A stretch of 64,000 bases of DNA from an uncultured Myxococcales bacterium (GTDB lineage Bacteria > Myxococcota > B64-G9). The notes beneath the pieces are model-generated. The model did not search any database and was not told the DNA's origin. It saw only the letters and a program-made list of their open reading frames with translations. The position numbers and the translations under genes were made by a program. Positions 36,931-45,660 of the stretch are shown here, piece by piece; position 1 is the stretch's first letter, and the number at the start of each line of letters is the position of its first letter. The stretch is taken from contig CAYVQE010000010.1 of NCBI GenBank assembly GCA_964454005.1, forward strand, positions 4,277 through 68,276. The letters are read 5' to 3'.

Positions 36931-39531
36931 CTAGGCGTGCTCCGTGCGATCGATGATCTCCTGCTGGATCTCGGGGCCCAGCTCGGTGAAGTAGCTCGAG
37001 TAGCCGCCCACCTTGACCACCAGGTCGCGGTACTCCTCGGGCTGCTGCTGCGCGGCGCGCAGCATCTCGGCCGAGGCGCAGGTGGGCTGCAGCTGGGCGC
37101 CGCCCAGGGCGAAGTAGGTGCGCAGCAGCGCGACGAACTTGGCGCGCTGGGCCGGGCTGCGGCCCACCGCGCTGGGGTGCAGCTTGACGTTGACCGCCGA
37201 GCCCATCACGTCGGCCAGCGGCAGCGCCGCCACCGAACGCAGCGCCGCGGTCAGCCCGCAGCGCTCCACGTTGGCCGGGTTGCAGGAGGCAGCGAAGGGC
37301 ACCCCGGCCCGCCGGCCGTCCGGGCTGGCGATGGACAGCCGGCCGTCCAGGGTGTGGGTGATCATGCTGATGACGTAGACGACGAAGGGCCCGCCCTTGT
37401 GCGAGCGCAGGCCGTAGGTCTCGGCGAACAGCGCGCCCATCACCTCGGCCGCCAGACCGTCGCAGGCCGGATCGCCGTTGCCCCACTTGCCCGGCAGCTC
37501 GCGGATCCGGCGCAGCATGTCGCCGCAGCCTTCGAAGTCGGCGTCGATCGCTCGCAGCAGTTGCTGCAGGCTGAAGCGGCGCTGCTCGAACACCAGCTCG
37601 CGGATGACGTGCAGCGAGTCGGCCAGGTTGGCGATGGAATTGATCATGGAGATGCCGGACAGGTCGTAACGCGCCCCGCCGCAGGTGACGTCGGCGCCGC
37701 TGTCGGCGCAGCCGTCCATGAAGGCCGAGATCAGCGGCGCCGGCAGCTGCTCGGCCATCACCGCGTCGCGCAGGTTGGACGCCGCCGCGATCTGGTCGAT
37801 GGCCGCGCGGCCCTGGCGCACCACGGCGGCCTTGAAGTCGTCGAAGCGCTCGAAATCGGCCGCCGCCCCGGTGCGCGGCCCGGCGCCGCGTATGGTGCCG
37901 GCCAGCAGCCGGGCGTCGCCGTTGCGCAGGGTCATGTCCAGCAGGCGGGCCAGCAGCAGGGCGTTGGCCCCCATGGAGCCGGTCTTGCCCGGCACGCAGG
38001 TCTCGACACAGCCCATCACGGCATAGTCGCGGGCGTCGGCCGGGCTGACGCCGCGGCGCTCGAGCGCCTCGATCTGCACCTCGTCGTTGAACAGCGAAAA
38101 GCTCGAGGTGCCGGCGGCCAGGTAGGCGGCCACCGCGTCCAGCAGCCGCTGCGGGGTGCCGGGGTGGACGCGCAGCGACACGTTGGTCACCGCCTTGGAG
38201 CCGTGGGCGGCGGCCAGCACCAGCTCGGTCACGGCGTTGCTGGCGTCGCCGCCGCCGGGCCGCTGGCCGCCCACGGTCACCGGCGCCGAGCCCAAAAAGC
38301 GGTGGTAGAAGTTGGACAGCAGCCCGGACTCGGGGCGGATGTTCTGGCTCATGATCTTGAGCAGCAGCTCCTCGAGCAGCATGCGGGCGCCGGCGGCGTC
38401 GATGCGGCCGGCGGCCCGATCGGCCTGGTAGAAGGGCTGCAGCGACTGATCCAGCCGGCCGAAGCAGTGCAGGTTCATCGGGTGCGCCAGCTCGACCGCG
38501 GTCTTGACAGTCCACAGCGCCTGCACCGCCTCGGCGAAGGTGGCCGCCGGGCGCAACGGCACCCGGGCGCAGCGCGCGGCCAGCGCGGCCAGCTCGGCGC
38601 GGCGCTGCGGATCGGTGGCGGCGGCGCGCCGGGCCGCAACGTGCGCGGCCAGCCGCCGGGCGAAGACCATCACGCCTTCCAGGGCCAGCTCCTGGCCGCG
38701 CAGGTCGGCCGCCCGCCGGCCGCCGGCGGCCCGCTCGGCCGCCGCCCGGCGCTCGGCCAGCTCGTCGCGCATGGCCAGCAGGCCGCGGGCCAGCACCCGG
38801 TCGTAATCCAGGATGACGTGGCCCTGCAAGGTGGCGATGGTGGCGCAGGGGCTGACCATCATCACCTGGCGCGAGGTATTGCCCGGCACGGCGGTGACGA
38901 AATCGTGCATATCGGCCGAGTACAGCCCGCTGCGCTCGAGCTCGCGCTGCAGCGCATCGACCATGCTGCGGCCGCGCCAGTAGGGCAGCAGCTCGCCCAG
39001 CAGCTCGCGGCGGTCGGCCGCATCGATGGCGAAGGCGTTGATGGCGCGGCGGGTCATGGGTGTCAGGCCCACGTCCAAAGGGGCCCGGCCGTCGCTGCGG
39101 GTGCGGCGCTGGTTGCGCGCGAACTCGAGCAGGGCCCGCTTGCGCAGCAGGTAGCCCAGGGCCTTCGACAGGCTGCGGCCGCGGTGGCGCAGCATGGCGC
39201 CGGTGCTCAGCTCGGCCTCCAGCACCTGGTTGAACACGCCGCGCTCGATGTCGATGGGCACGCCGAAGAAGTGCTCCGTCCAGGCGCCGGCGATGCGCTC
39301 GTCGCCGTCGAGCTGGTGGTCCATGTGCTGGTACACGTGGCGCATGGCCAGCGCCACCCGCTCCACCCGGGCCAGGCCGCGGCCCTCGGTGGCGCGCCAG
39401 CTGGCGGTGTACAGCCGGGCGCGCTGTACGGAGATGCGCGGCGGGGTATCCTGGTAGCGGCGCCGCAGCCGGGTTGTGCGGGCGGCGTCGCGGCGTTCGG
39501 CGTCCGGCGCGACGGCGGCTTCGGCGCTCAC
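36931..39531 (-). CDS. glycyl radical enzyme, PFL2/glycerol-dehydratase-like family, substrate unknown
   Basis: 866 aa. Thiyl-loop MGCVETCVPGKTG (GCxE). C-terminal glycyl motif VVKVGGYSSYFTEL. GTG start overlaps the TetR stop (GTGA). Confidence 0.92.
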   Translation of the reverse strand: MSAEAAVAPDAERRDAARTTRLRRRYQDTPPRISVQRARLYTASWRATEGRGLARVERVALAMRHVYQHMDHQLDGDERIAGAWTEHFFGVPIDIERGVFNQVLEAELSTGAMLRHRGRSLSKALGYLLRKRALLEFARNQRRTRSDGRAPLDVGLTPMTRRAINAFAIDAADRRELLGELLPYWRGRSMVDALQRELERSGLYSADMHDFVTAVPGNTSRQVMMVSPCATIATLQGHVILDYDRVLARGLLAMRDELAERRAAAERAAGGRRAADLRGQELALEGVMVFARRLAAHVAARRAAATDPQRRAELAALAARCARVPLRPAATFAEAVQALWTVKTAVELAHPMNLHCFGRLDQSLQPFYQADRAAGRIDAAGARMLLEELLLKIMSQNIRPESGLLSNFYHRFLGSAPVTVGGQRPGGGDASNAVTELVLAAAHGSKAVTNVSLRVHPGTPQRLLDAVAAYLAAGTSSFSLFNDEVQIEALERRGVSPADARDYAVMGCVETCVPGKTGSMGANALLLARLLDMTLRNGDARLLAGTIRGAGPRTGAAADFERFDDFKAAVVRQGRAAIDQIAAASNLRDAVMAEQLPAPLISAFMDGCADSGADVTCGGARYDLSGISMINSIANLADSLHVIRELVFEQRRFSLQQLLRAIDADFEGCGDMLRRIRELPGKWGNGDPACDGLAAEVMGALFAETYGLRSHKGGPFVVYVISMITHTLDGRLSIASPDGRRAGVPFAASCNPANVERCGLTAALRSVAALPLADVMGSAVNVKLHPSAVGRSPAQRAKFVALLRTYFALGGAQLQPTCASAEMLRAAQQQPEEYRDLVVKVGGYSSYFTELGPEIQQEIIDRTEHA

Positions 39532-40184
39532 GATTCCTCCTCGACCACTGCGGCCGGCGGGGCGATGTCGGCCAGCAGCACCTCGATCAGGTGGTGCAGG
39601 TGGCGCTTGCGCGCGGCCAGGCCGGCGGGCGCCAGCGGGTCGGCGCCCAGCAGCCGGCCCAGCACGCCGTCGTAGGTGAAGTAGGTGATGATCATGCCGT
39701 AGACGCTGGTCAGCAGCTGGGCCGCGTCCATGGCGCCGCCGCGGGTGGCCGGGAAGGCCTGCTGCAGCAGCTCGATGCCGGTGGCGAACAGCGGCTCGGT
39801 GCGCGCGTGCACCAGATCCATGTGGCGGCCGCCCGAGGCCTCGCGCTGCACGATGCGCAGAAAGCCGCGGTTGGCGGCCAAAAAGTCGACGTAGCCGTCG
39901 ACCAGCCGCAGCAGCTTGTCGCGCAGATCGGCCCCGGCGGCCAGGGCCTCGAGCAGGGTGGTGGCCAGCGCGTCGTAGTAGCGGTCCAGCACTTGGACCA
40001 GCAGGCCGTCCTTGTTCTCGAAGTGGTAGTGGATCAGGGCCTTGTTGACCCCCGAACGCTCGGCGATCTCGCGGGTGGAGGCGGCGTCGAAGCCCAGCTC
40101 GCCGAACAGAGCGTCGGCCGCGTCCAGGATGCGCTCGCGGGCACCGGCCGCTTGGCGGCCGTTCTGGGCGGCGCCGCGGCTCAT
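39528..40184 (-). CDS. TetR family transcriptional regulator embedded in the GRE cluster
   Basis: ILDAADALFGELGFDAASTREIAERSGVNKALIHYHFENKDGL. ATG overlaps the ACAD stop (ATGA). Confidence 0.9.
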   Translation of the reverse strand: MSRGAAQNGRQAAGARERILDAADALFGELGFDAASTREIAERSGVNKALIHYHFENKDGLLVQVLDRYYDALATTLLEALAAGADLRDKLLRLVDGYVDFLAANRGFLRIVQREASGGRHMDLVHARTEPLFATGIELLQQAFPATRGGAMDAAQLLTSVYGMIITYFTYDGVLGRLLGADPLAPAGLAARKRHLHHLIEVLLADIAPPAAVVEEES

Positions 40185-41383
40185 AGCTGCTCGGCCGCCT
40201 TGAGCATGAGGGTCTCGTTGGTGCCGTCCATGATGCGCAGCAGCTTGGCGTCGCGGGCCAGCTTCTCCAGGCTGTACTCGCGCGAGATGCCGTAGCCGCC
40301 CAGCACCTGCACCATCTCGGCGGTGTGTGCCACCGCCTGCTCGGTGGCGAAGACCTTGGCCGACAGGCTGGTGGCCAGATCGCCCGGGAAGCGGGTGGCG
40401 GCCAGCCAGGAGCCGCGCCACAGGTAGGCGCGGGCGGCCTCCAAGGCCGTTTTGCAGCGCATCAGCTTGTCGGCCACCAGCTGGTGGCCGAGCAGGGGCT
40501 TGCCGCCCTGCACGCGCTCTCTGGCGTGGGCCAGCGCGTCTTCGAATGCGGCCCGCATCAGGCCCAGCGCCAGGTAGCCCACCCCCAGGTTGCCCACCGT
40601 GATGATGGCGTTGTGCAGCATGGGGTAGCCCTCGCCGTGGGGAAAGAGCAGGTGGTCGTCGGGGATCTCGACGCCGTCGAAGTAGACCGCGGCCTGGTTC
40701 AGGGTGCGCAGGCCGGTCTTGTCCAGCGCCTTGCCGGTGCTCACCCCGGGCGCGTCGGCCGGCACCACGAAAGCGCCCGAGCCGCAGATGCCCTGCTCGG
40801 GCTCGACGCAGGCGAAGACCAGGTGCACCGAGGCGATACCGCCGTTGGAGATGAAGTCCGACTTGGCGCCGTCGATCACCCAGCCGCCGTCGATCTTGCG
40901 CGCCCGGGTGCGGTGGCGGATCCGCGGATCGTGGTAGTTCTTGCCGTCCGAACCCACCTCGGGCTCGCTCGAGCACCAGCCCGAGATGTGCTGCGCCCGC
41001 TCGTCGGCGCAGAAGGGCTGCAGGTAGCGCTCGATCAGGGTCTGGTTGTCGGGCGCCAGAAAGGCGATCAGCCGCGGCACGGTGGCCGCCGGCATCAGGC
41101 TGGCGGCGAAGCCCGGGCCCCAGCGGCCCAGCTCCTCCCAGACCATGCCGCTGGTGTTGGCGTCGAGCCCCAGGCCGCCGGCCGCCTCGGGCAGGGCCAT
41201 CTTGTGGAAGCCCAGCCCGTAGGCGCCGCGCATGGCCGACCAGAAGCGCTCGCTGGCGAAGACCGCCTCCGGCTCGGCCCACAGGTCCAGCTCGCGCTCG
41301 GCCGGCTGCAGCACCTCCTGGCCGAAGCCGCGGGCGGTCTCGATCACCATCTTCTGGGTCTCGGTCAGGGCGAAGTCGATCAT
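40181..41383 (-). CDS. acyl-CoA dehydrogenase-family flavoprotein
   Basis: ACAD fold motifs (GSDGKN.., GWVIDGAKSDFISNGG, LGGYGISREYSLEKLARDAKLLRIMDGTNE). Asp sits where MCAD has the catalytic Glu (IYEGT). Confidence 0.9.
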   Translation of the reverse strand: MIDFALTETQKMVIETARGFGQEVLQPAERELDLWAEPEAVFASERFWSAMRGAYGLGFHKMALPEAAGGLGLDANTSGMVWEELGRWGPGFAASLMPAATVPRLIAFLAPDNQTLIERYLQPFCADERAQHISGWCSSEPEVGSDGKNYHDPRIRHRTRARKIDGGWVIDGAKSDFISNGGIASVHLVFACVEPEQGICGSGAFVVPADAPGVSTGKALDKTGLRTLNQAAVYFDGVEIPDDHLLFPHGEGYPMLHNAIITVGNLGVGYLALGLMRAAFEDALAHARERVQGGKPLLGHQLVADKLMRCKTALEAARAYLWRGSWLAATRFPGDLATSLSAKVFATEQAVAHTAEMVQVLGGYGISREYSLEKLARDAKLLRIMDGTNETLMLKAAEQL

Positions 41384-41386
41384 GGC

Positions 41387-42154
41387 TCACCCCCCGGTGC
41401 TGAAATCAGTCATCTTGAAGTAGTGCGGCAGGAAGGCCTCGGCGTCGACCTCGCCCAGCACCTCGCCGGGCCGCATCACGTTGTCGCTGACCAGCAGGGC
41501 GGCCACCATCACGTCGACCACCTCCACCTCGGCCCAGGGATCGAAAGCCGACTCGCGCAGCGTCACCTCGGCCGAGCCCACCCGCACCTGCCGCGGCGTC
41601 ACCTCGGTCTGCTGGCGGCACAGCAGGACGGGTCCGTCGAAGCCGGGCTGCAGGTCGATGCGCGGGCTGGCCTTGAACAGGAAGTTGGGCCCGGCCGCGG
41701 GCAGCTCGTCGAGCTCGGCCAGCAGCCGGGCCTCGATCTCGACGAAGCGCACGCCGTGGCGCTCGACGCTGCCGCGAACGCTGTCGCCGTCCTCTTCGAG
41801 TTCGATGGAGGCCTTCTTCTTGGGGAAGCCGAAGATGTCGCGGCCGTTGTAGATGCGCGACTCCTGGCTGTCGATGGGCATGGACAGGCAGTAGTTGCCG
41901 GCCTCGCCGGCGTGGCGGCAGCCGATGAACAGCGCCGCCTCGCGGTAGCCCGGGCCCAGGTTGGTCTGCGGGTAGCTGGCGATGAACATCATGGCCCGCG
42001 CCACCTCGTCCGGCTCCAGCGGCGGCGGCAGCAGCCGCTCGACGATCTGCGGCCGGGTGGTGAACATGACCGCCAGCATGCGGGCGCCTTCGAAGCGCCG
42101 CTCACCGAGCGCGTAGTAGGCCTCGAGTTCCTCTTGCGACTTGACGAATCCCAC
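41387..42154 (-). CDS. acetoacetate decarboxylase (ADC) family protein
   Basis: GRDIFGFPKKKA matches the ADC Schiff-base Lys-Lys region. 255 aa. GTG start after AAAGGGGGAG. Confidence 0.85.
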   Translation of the reverse strand: MGFVKSQEELEAYYALGERRFEGARMLAVMFTTRPQIVERLLPPPLEPDEVARAMMFIASYPQTNLGPGYREAALFIGCRHAGEAGNYCLSMPIDSQESRIYNGRDIFGFPKKKASIELEEDGDSVRGSVERHGVRFVEIEARLLAELDELPAAGPNFLFKASPRIDLQPGFDGPVLLCRQQTEVTPRQVRVGSAEVTLRESAFDPWAEVEVVDVMVAALLVSDNVMRPGEVLGEVDAEAFLPHYFKMTDFSTGG

Positions 42155-42230
42155 GGCTCCCCCTTTCCTCAGGGCAATTGACTGGGCGCCCGGTTAAGAT
42201 GACAGCATAGACCACCCTCGTCAAGCCCTT

Positions 42231-42248
42231 TTTGGGCGATCGCCCAAA
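42231..42248. promoter_or_regulatory. perfect 18-bp palindrome TTTGGGCGATCGCCCAAA in the divergent intergenic region (candidate operator)
   Basis: Read from the sequence. 77 nt upstream of the ADC-family start, adjacent to a TTGACG on the minus strand. Confidence 0.45.
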
Positions 42249-42286
42249 TTCTTCGTCCCCTCGCGCCACCGCGATCGGTTTCGCTG

Positions 42287-42315
42287 TTGACATACTGATG
42301 CAATGCATGTATGTC
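42287..42315 (+). promoter_or_regulatory. candidate sigma-70-type promoter TTGACA-N17-TATGTC for vapBC
   Basis: The -10 element ends 7 nt before the vapB ATG (42323), implying a leaderless or near-leaderless transcript. The spacer contains atgcaatgcat palindromic motifs. Confidence 0.45.
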
Positions 42316-42322
42316 TGGATGC

Positions 42323-42571
42323 ATGAGGACCACCATTCGACTCGACGATGCCCTGCTGGCCGCGGCCAAGCAGGAGGCGGCCCGCTCGGGCCGGACTTTG
42401 ACCGCGGTCATCGAGGATGCGCTGCGCCAGGCCCTGGCGCAGCGGGATGGCGGGCGCGGCGAGCCGGTGGAGCTGATCACCTGCGGCGGCCGCGGGTTGC
42501 AGCCCGGGGTGGATCTGGACGACTCGGCCGCCTTGCTCGACCTCATGGACGGCGGCGGTGATCCTGCCTGA
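42323..42571 (+). CDS. vapB: type II antitoxin, ribbon-helix-helix VapB-like
   Basis: MRTTIRLDDALLAAAKQEAARSGRTLTAVIEDALRQAL is a typical RHH antitoxin N-terminus. Overlaps the vapC start. Confidence 0.8.
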   Translation: MRTTIRLDDALLAAAKQEAARSGRTLTAVIEDALRQALAQRDGGRGEPVELITCGGRGLQPGVDLDDSAALLDLMDGGGDPA

Positions 42572-42986
42572 CGTCAACGTGCTGGTCTACGCCCACCGGC
42601 GGGACGCGCCCGATCATCGGGCCTACCGCGACTGGCTGGCGGCCGTGGTCAACGGCGATCAGGCCTACGGCCTGGCCGACCTGGTGCTCAGCGGGCTGTT
42701 GCGGGTGATCACCCACCCGCGCGTGTTCGATCCGCCCACCCCGCTGGCCCAGGCCCTGGCCTTCGCCGACCAGCTCCGCCTGCGGCCGCACTGCGTGCCG
42801 ATCGCGCCCGGACCGCGCCACTGGGAAATCTTCCTGTCGCTGTGTCGGGATAGCGCGGCCCGCGGCAACCTGGTGCCGGACACCTACCTGGCCGCCCTGG
42901 CCATCGAGTCCGGCAGCCAGTGGATCACCACCGACCGCGACTTCAGCCGCTTCCCCGGCCTGCGCTGGCGCCATCCGCTGGCCTAG
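42558..42986 (+). CDS. vapC: type II toxin, PIN-domain ribonuclease VapC
   Basis: ILPDVNVLVYAH..., ...YLAALAIESGSQWITTDRDFSRFPGL (PIN acidic residues D5, D/E about 40, D about 98, D about 117). Confidence 0.9.
   Translation: MILPDVNVLVYAHRRDAPDHRAYRDWLAAVVNGDQAYGLADLVLSGLLRVITHPRVFDPPTPLAQALAFADQLRLRPHCVPIAPGPRHWEIFLSLCRDSAARGNLVPDTYLAALAIESGSQWITTDRDFSRFPGLRWRHPLA
42590..42698 (+). repeat. copy 1 (inside intact vapC) of a 109-bp direct repeat
   Basis: Identical to 45440..45548 except one base (g/t at 42684/45534). Confidence 0.9.
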
Positions 42987-43217
42987 GCCGGCCAGCCCAG
43001 AACGGCCGCCAGCAAGACCACCTTGAGCCGGCACCCGACCGTCCAACCCTAAACGGCATCCCACCGGGTTCCCATCCAGCCGCTGCGCGCTCCCTCCAAG
43101 CCACACCTGCCCGCACCCGCAAGCGAAGTCCGATTCTCGCCGAGACATTCAAGCATGGCACAAGCCCTGACCGTCACGAGCGTCTGCGGTGGTAGCGGAT
43201 GGGACCGGCGCGGCCGG

Positions 43218-45122
43218 CTAGAGATCCGGCTGGGCGAACAGGCCTCCGGAGCCGGCGACCACGATTTGTCCTTCGGGCGTAAAAAATACCGCTCGTAGCG
43301 TGTAGGCCTCGGGGATCCACTCCGGCTGCCAGCGCTCCCCATCGTAGCGCACCACCGCGCCGCCGTAACCCACGGCCACCACCCTGTCTCCGGCCGTGCC
43401 GCCGACGGCCCGAAGCCCATCGTCGCAGCCCGAATCCATGTGGACCCATCGATCGCCGTCGTAGTGCAGGATCAAGCCCCTGTTGCCGACAGCGAAGAGG
43501 TCCTCGGGACCGCTGCCCCATACCGCGTCGAGCCTGCCTTCGACCTCATGGACCACGCTCCACTGCTCACCGTCGAAGTGCCACACCTCGCTGCGCATGC
43601 CCGGATTGTTGTATTTGTGTATGTGGCCAACGGCGTAGGCCTCGGTCTCGCTCGCGGCCCAGACGCCGTGCAGCGAGACAGCGCTGGCGGCACGCAGCAC
43701 CTGCAGCGTGCCGTCCCGGTAACGGCCGACGTCGCCGTGGTCCCCAACCAGTAGCACGTCGTCGGGGGCCAGGGGCCAGGCATCGAAGTATTCCGCGTTT
43801 TCATGCCGCTGCTCGGCGAAGGCCCCGTCGGCGAAGGTGTAGAAGGTATCCTCGACGACGGCGGTGAAGCGTTCCGCCGACTCCCCCCAGGCCGTGTCCA
43901 CCTCGTGATCGAACTCCATCAGCGGCGAGACGGTCGCGCCGTCGTCCAGGAAGATCCCCTGCTCGCGGGTGAACAGCAGCAGCCCATCGGCGTCGAGATC
44001 GACCAGCTCGAACACATCGTGTTCGAGGCGCTTGTTCCACACCTTGCAGTCCGCGAAAGGGATCTCGATGGTCTCACTGTGGGCGCCGCCGCGCACCGCG
44101 GCGCGGACACGGCAGGCGCCCTGGCCGGTGGAGTCGATCCGAACCTCGGGCTCGTAGCGCTGCCCGGCGACCTCGCCGTCGCCCAGCACCACGTTCAGAT
44201 CGTCTTGTCCATCCAGGACGAGAAACCGACAGGCCTCCGGCGTCTCGATGTGCAGCTCGGTGAAGAACCAGCCGTTGCAAAACTCGTCTCGTTCGCCAAC
44301 CGCCGGTCGGGCGCTGAGCACGGTGCGGCAACTCTCGGCTTCGTAGCGCAACCCCAGGTCGTCGACCGCATCGGGGGTGTACACGTGAAAGTCCAACGCC
44401 ACCTCCGGGTCTGCGGGGGAGCTGACCTCGATGACGGTCTCGCGCTCGGGAAAATCGACCGCGAAGTGAGCGAAGTCCTTCTTGTCGGGGGTCAGCCCGC
44501 CCAGCTCGAAGGGGTAGTAGTCATAGCCCACCAGGCGTTGATCGTCGTGGTACAGCTCGAAATAGAAGCGCTGGGGCCAGCCGCCGATCACGTCCACGCG
44601 TCCCGGTCCGTCTACGGCGGGATGCTTTCCGTCACACCGCGGGGTCAGCTTAACCCGGTTGGTCTCGGCCACCGTGTAGGTGGCGCTCAGCGCATAGTCA
44701 CCGGTCGAGGCTTCGATCTCGGCATCCAGCCGCGCGCTGCCCGCGGCCAGCGCCTCGAGGGTCACGATGCCGTGGGTGCCCAGCGCCCGGATCTCGTCTA
44801 CCGCGAGCACGCCGGGGTCGCTGCTGGTGGCCGAAGGAATGTCTTCGACCTCGGAGAACTCGCAGCTCTGGACACCGATGTCGATGCCGATCGAGGTCGG
44901 GATCTTCCCCTGGCCCGAAGCGGCGATCTCGGTGGCCGCGTCGCTGCAGGTGTCGACCACCGCCACGTCATAGAACGCGCCGGCGGCGATCACGCCTTCG
45001 CGGGAAATAAACTCGACCCCGGTCTCGCCCGAGCCGTGGAGCCATATGCAGCCGGCGAACAGACCCAGGCCCAAGACCAGTCCGCCGGCTCCACCCACCC
45101 AGGCCAGCTTGCGATGGCGCAT
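43218..45122 (-). CDS. lipoprotein with a C-terminal beta-propeller-like repeat region
   Basis: ATG 45122 after GGGAGG. MRHRKLAWVGGAGGLVLGLGLFAGC lipobox. C-terminal repeats of the type L.AVWG....D.FAVG..G.I..YDG..W. Confidence 0.75.
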   Translation of the reverse strand: MRHRKLAWVGGAGGLVLGLGLFAGCIWLHGSGETGVEFISREGVIAAGAFYDVAVVDTCSDAATEIAASGQGKIPTSIGIDIGVQSCEFSEVEDIPSATSSDPGVLAVDEIRALGTHGIVTLEALAAGSARLDAEIEASTGDYALSATYTVAETNRVKLTPRCDGKHPAVDGPGRVDVIGGWPQRFYFELYHDDQRLVGYDYYPFELGGLTPDKKDFAHFAVDFPERETVIEVSSPADPEVALDFHVYTPDAVDDLGLRYEAESCRTVLSARPAVGERDEFCNGWFFTELHIETPEACRFLVLDGQDDLNVVLGDGEVAGQRYEPEVRIDSTGQGACRVRAAVRGGAHSETIEIPFADCKVWNKRLEHDVFELVDLDADGLLLFTREQGIFLDDGATVSPLMEFDHEVDTAWGESAERFTAVVEDTFYTFADGAFAEQRHENAEYFDAWPLAPDDVLLVGDHGDVGRYRDGTLQVLRAASAVSLHGVWAASETEAYAVGHIHKYNNPGMRSEVWHFDGEQWSVVHEVEGRLDAVWGSGPEDLFAVGNRGLILHYDGDRWVHMDSGCDDGLRAVGGTAGDRVVAVGYGGAVVRYDGERWQPEWIPEAYTLRAVFFTPEGQIVVAGSGGLFAQPDL

Positions 45123-45424
45123 GGCGACCTCCCGTCCAGGGGCTCTTTCCTGTTTCTCCACCGCTATGACGATCAGGCTAACATACTTTTGCGGGCCGGT
45201 CCCCATTCCCCGGCCCGAATCCCCTGACCCCTCGGAGGACCCCTCGGCGAGGACCACTCAGGTGCTGCCACCCAGATCGGCTCCTCCGAATCTTTTCCCC
45301 TGCCCCCGGATCCGCCTCCCGGAGTCGATCGAGAGGTGGCTGCAGCCGCAGCCGCCGGCGATGGCGGTGGCAGCTTCGCCGCGCGGGCCGTCCAGCAGCT
45401 CCAGCGTCTCGTCGCGCTAGCGGC

Positions 45425-45548
45425 CCACGTCGCCGTGGGCGCCCACCGGCGGGACGCGCCCGATCATCGGGCCTACCGCGACTGGCTGGCGGCCGTGGTC
45501 AACGGCGATCAGGCCTACGGCCTGGCCGACCTGTTGCTCAGCGGGCTG
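45425..45548 (+). pseudogene. decayed 5' fragment of a second vapC copy (codons about 5 to 47)
   Basis: 109 bp are 99% identical to vapC 42590..42698. The preceding about 15 nt are still recognisably related with indels. There is no start codon and no rest of the gene. Confidence 0.85.
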
Positions 45549-45594
45549 ACCCCTCGAACCGGACCCCTCGAACCGGGCGCACGGGACCTTCAGG

Positions 45595-45660
45595 CTAGGG
45601 CTGCGGCGGGGCGAACAGGCCGCCGGTGCCGGCGAGCAGCAGCAGCCGGTATGACGCCCA
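45595..45660 (-). pseudogene. 3' remnant of a paralog of the 43218..45122 lipoprotein gene
   Basis: Translates ...YRLLLLAGTGGLFAPPQP-stop versus the intact gene end ...GQIVVAGSGGLFAQPDL-stop. It sits in the same position relative to vapC sequence. Confidence 0.45.

Noticed and set aside
45258-45440. Minus-strand reading ...GGCGCSHLSID... considered as another MYXO-CTERM-like remnant, and plus-strand ORF 45336..45851
   Set aside because: There is no hydrophobic helix or Arg cluster after the GC motif and no start or RBS. The plus-strand ORF merely reads through the vapC fragment and intergenic DNA.
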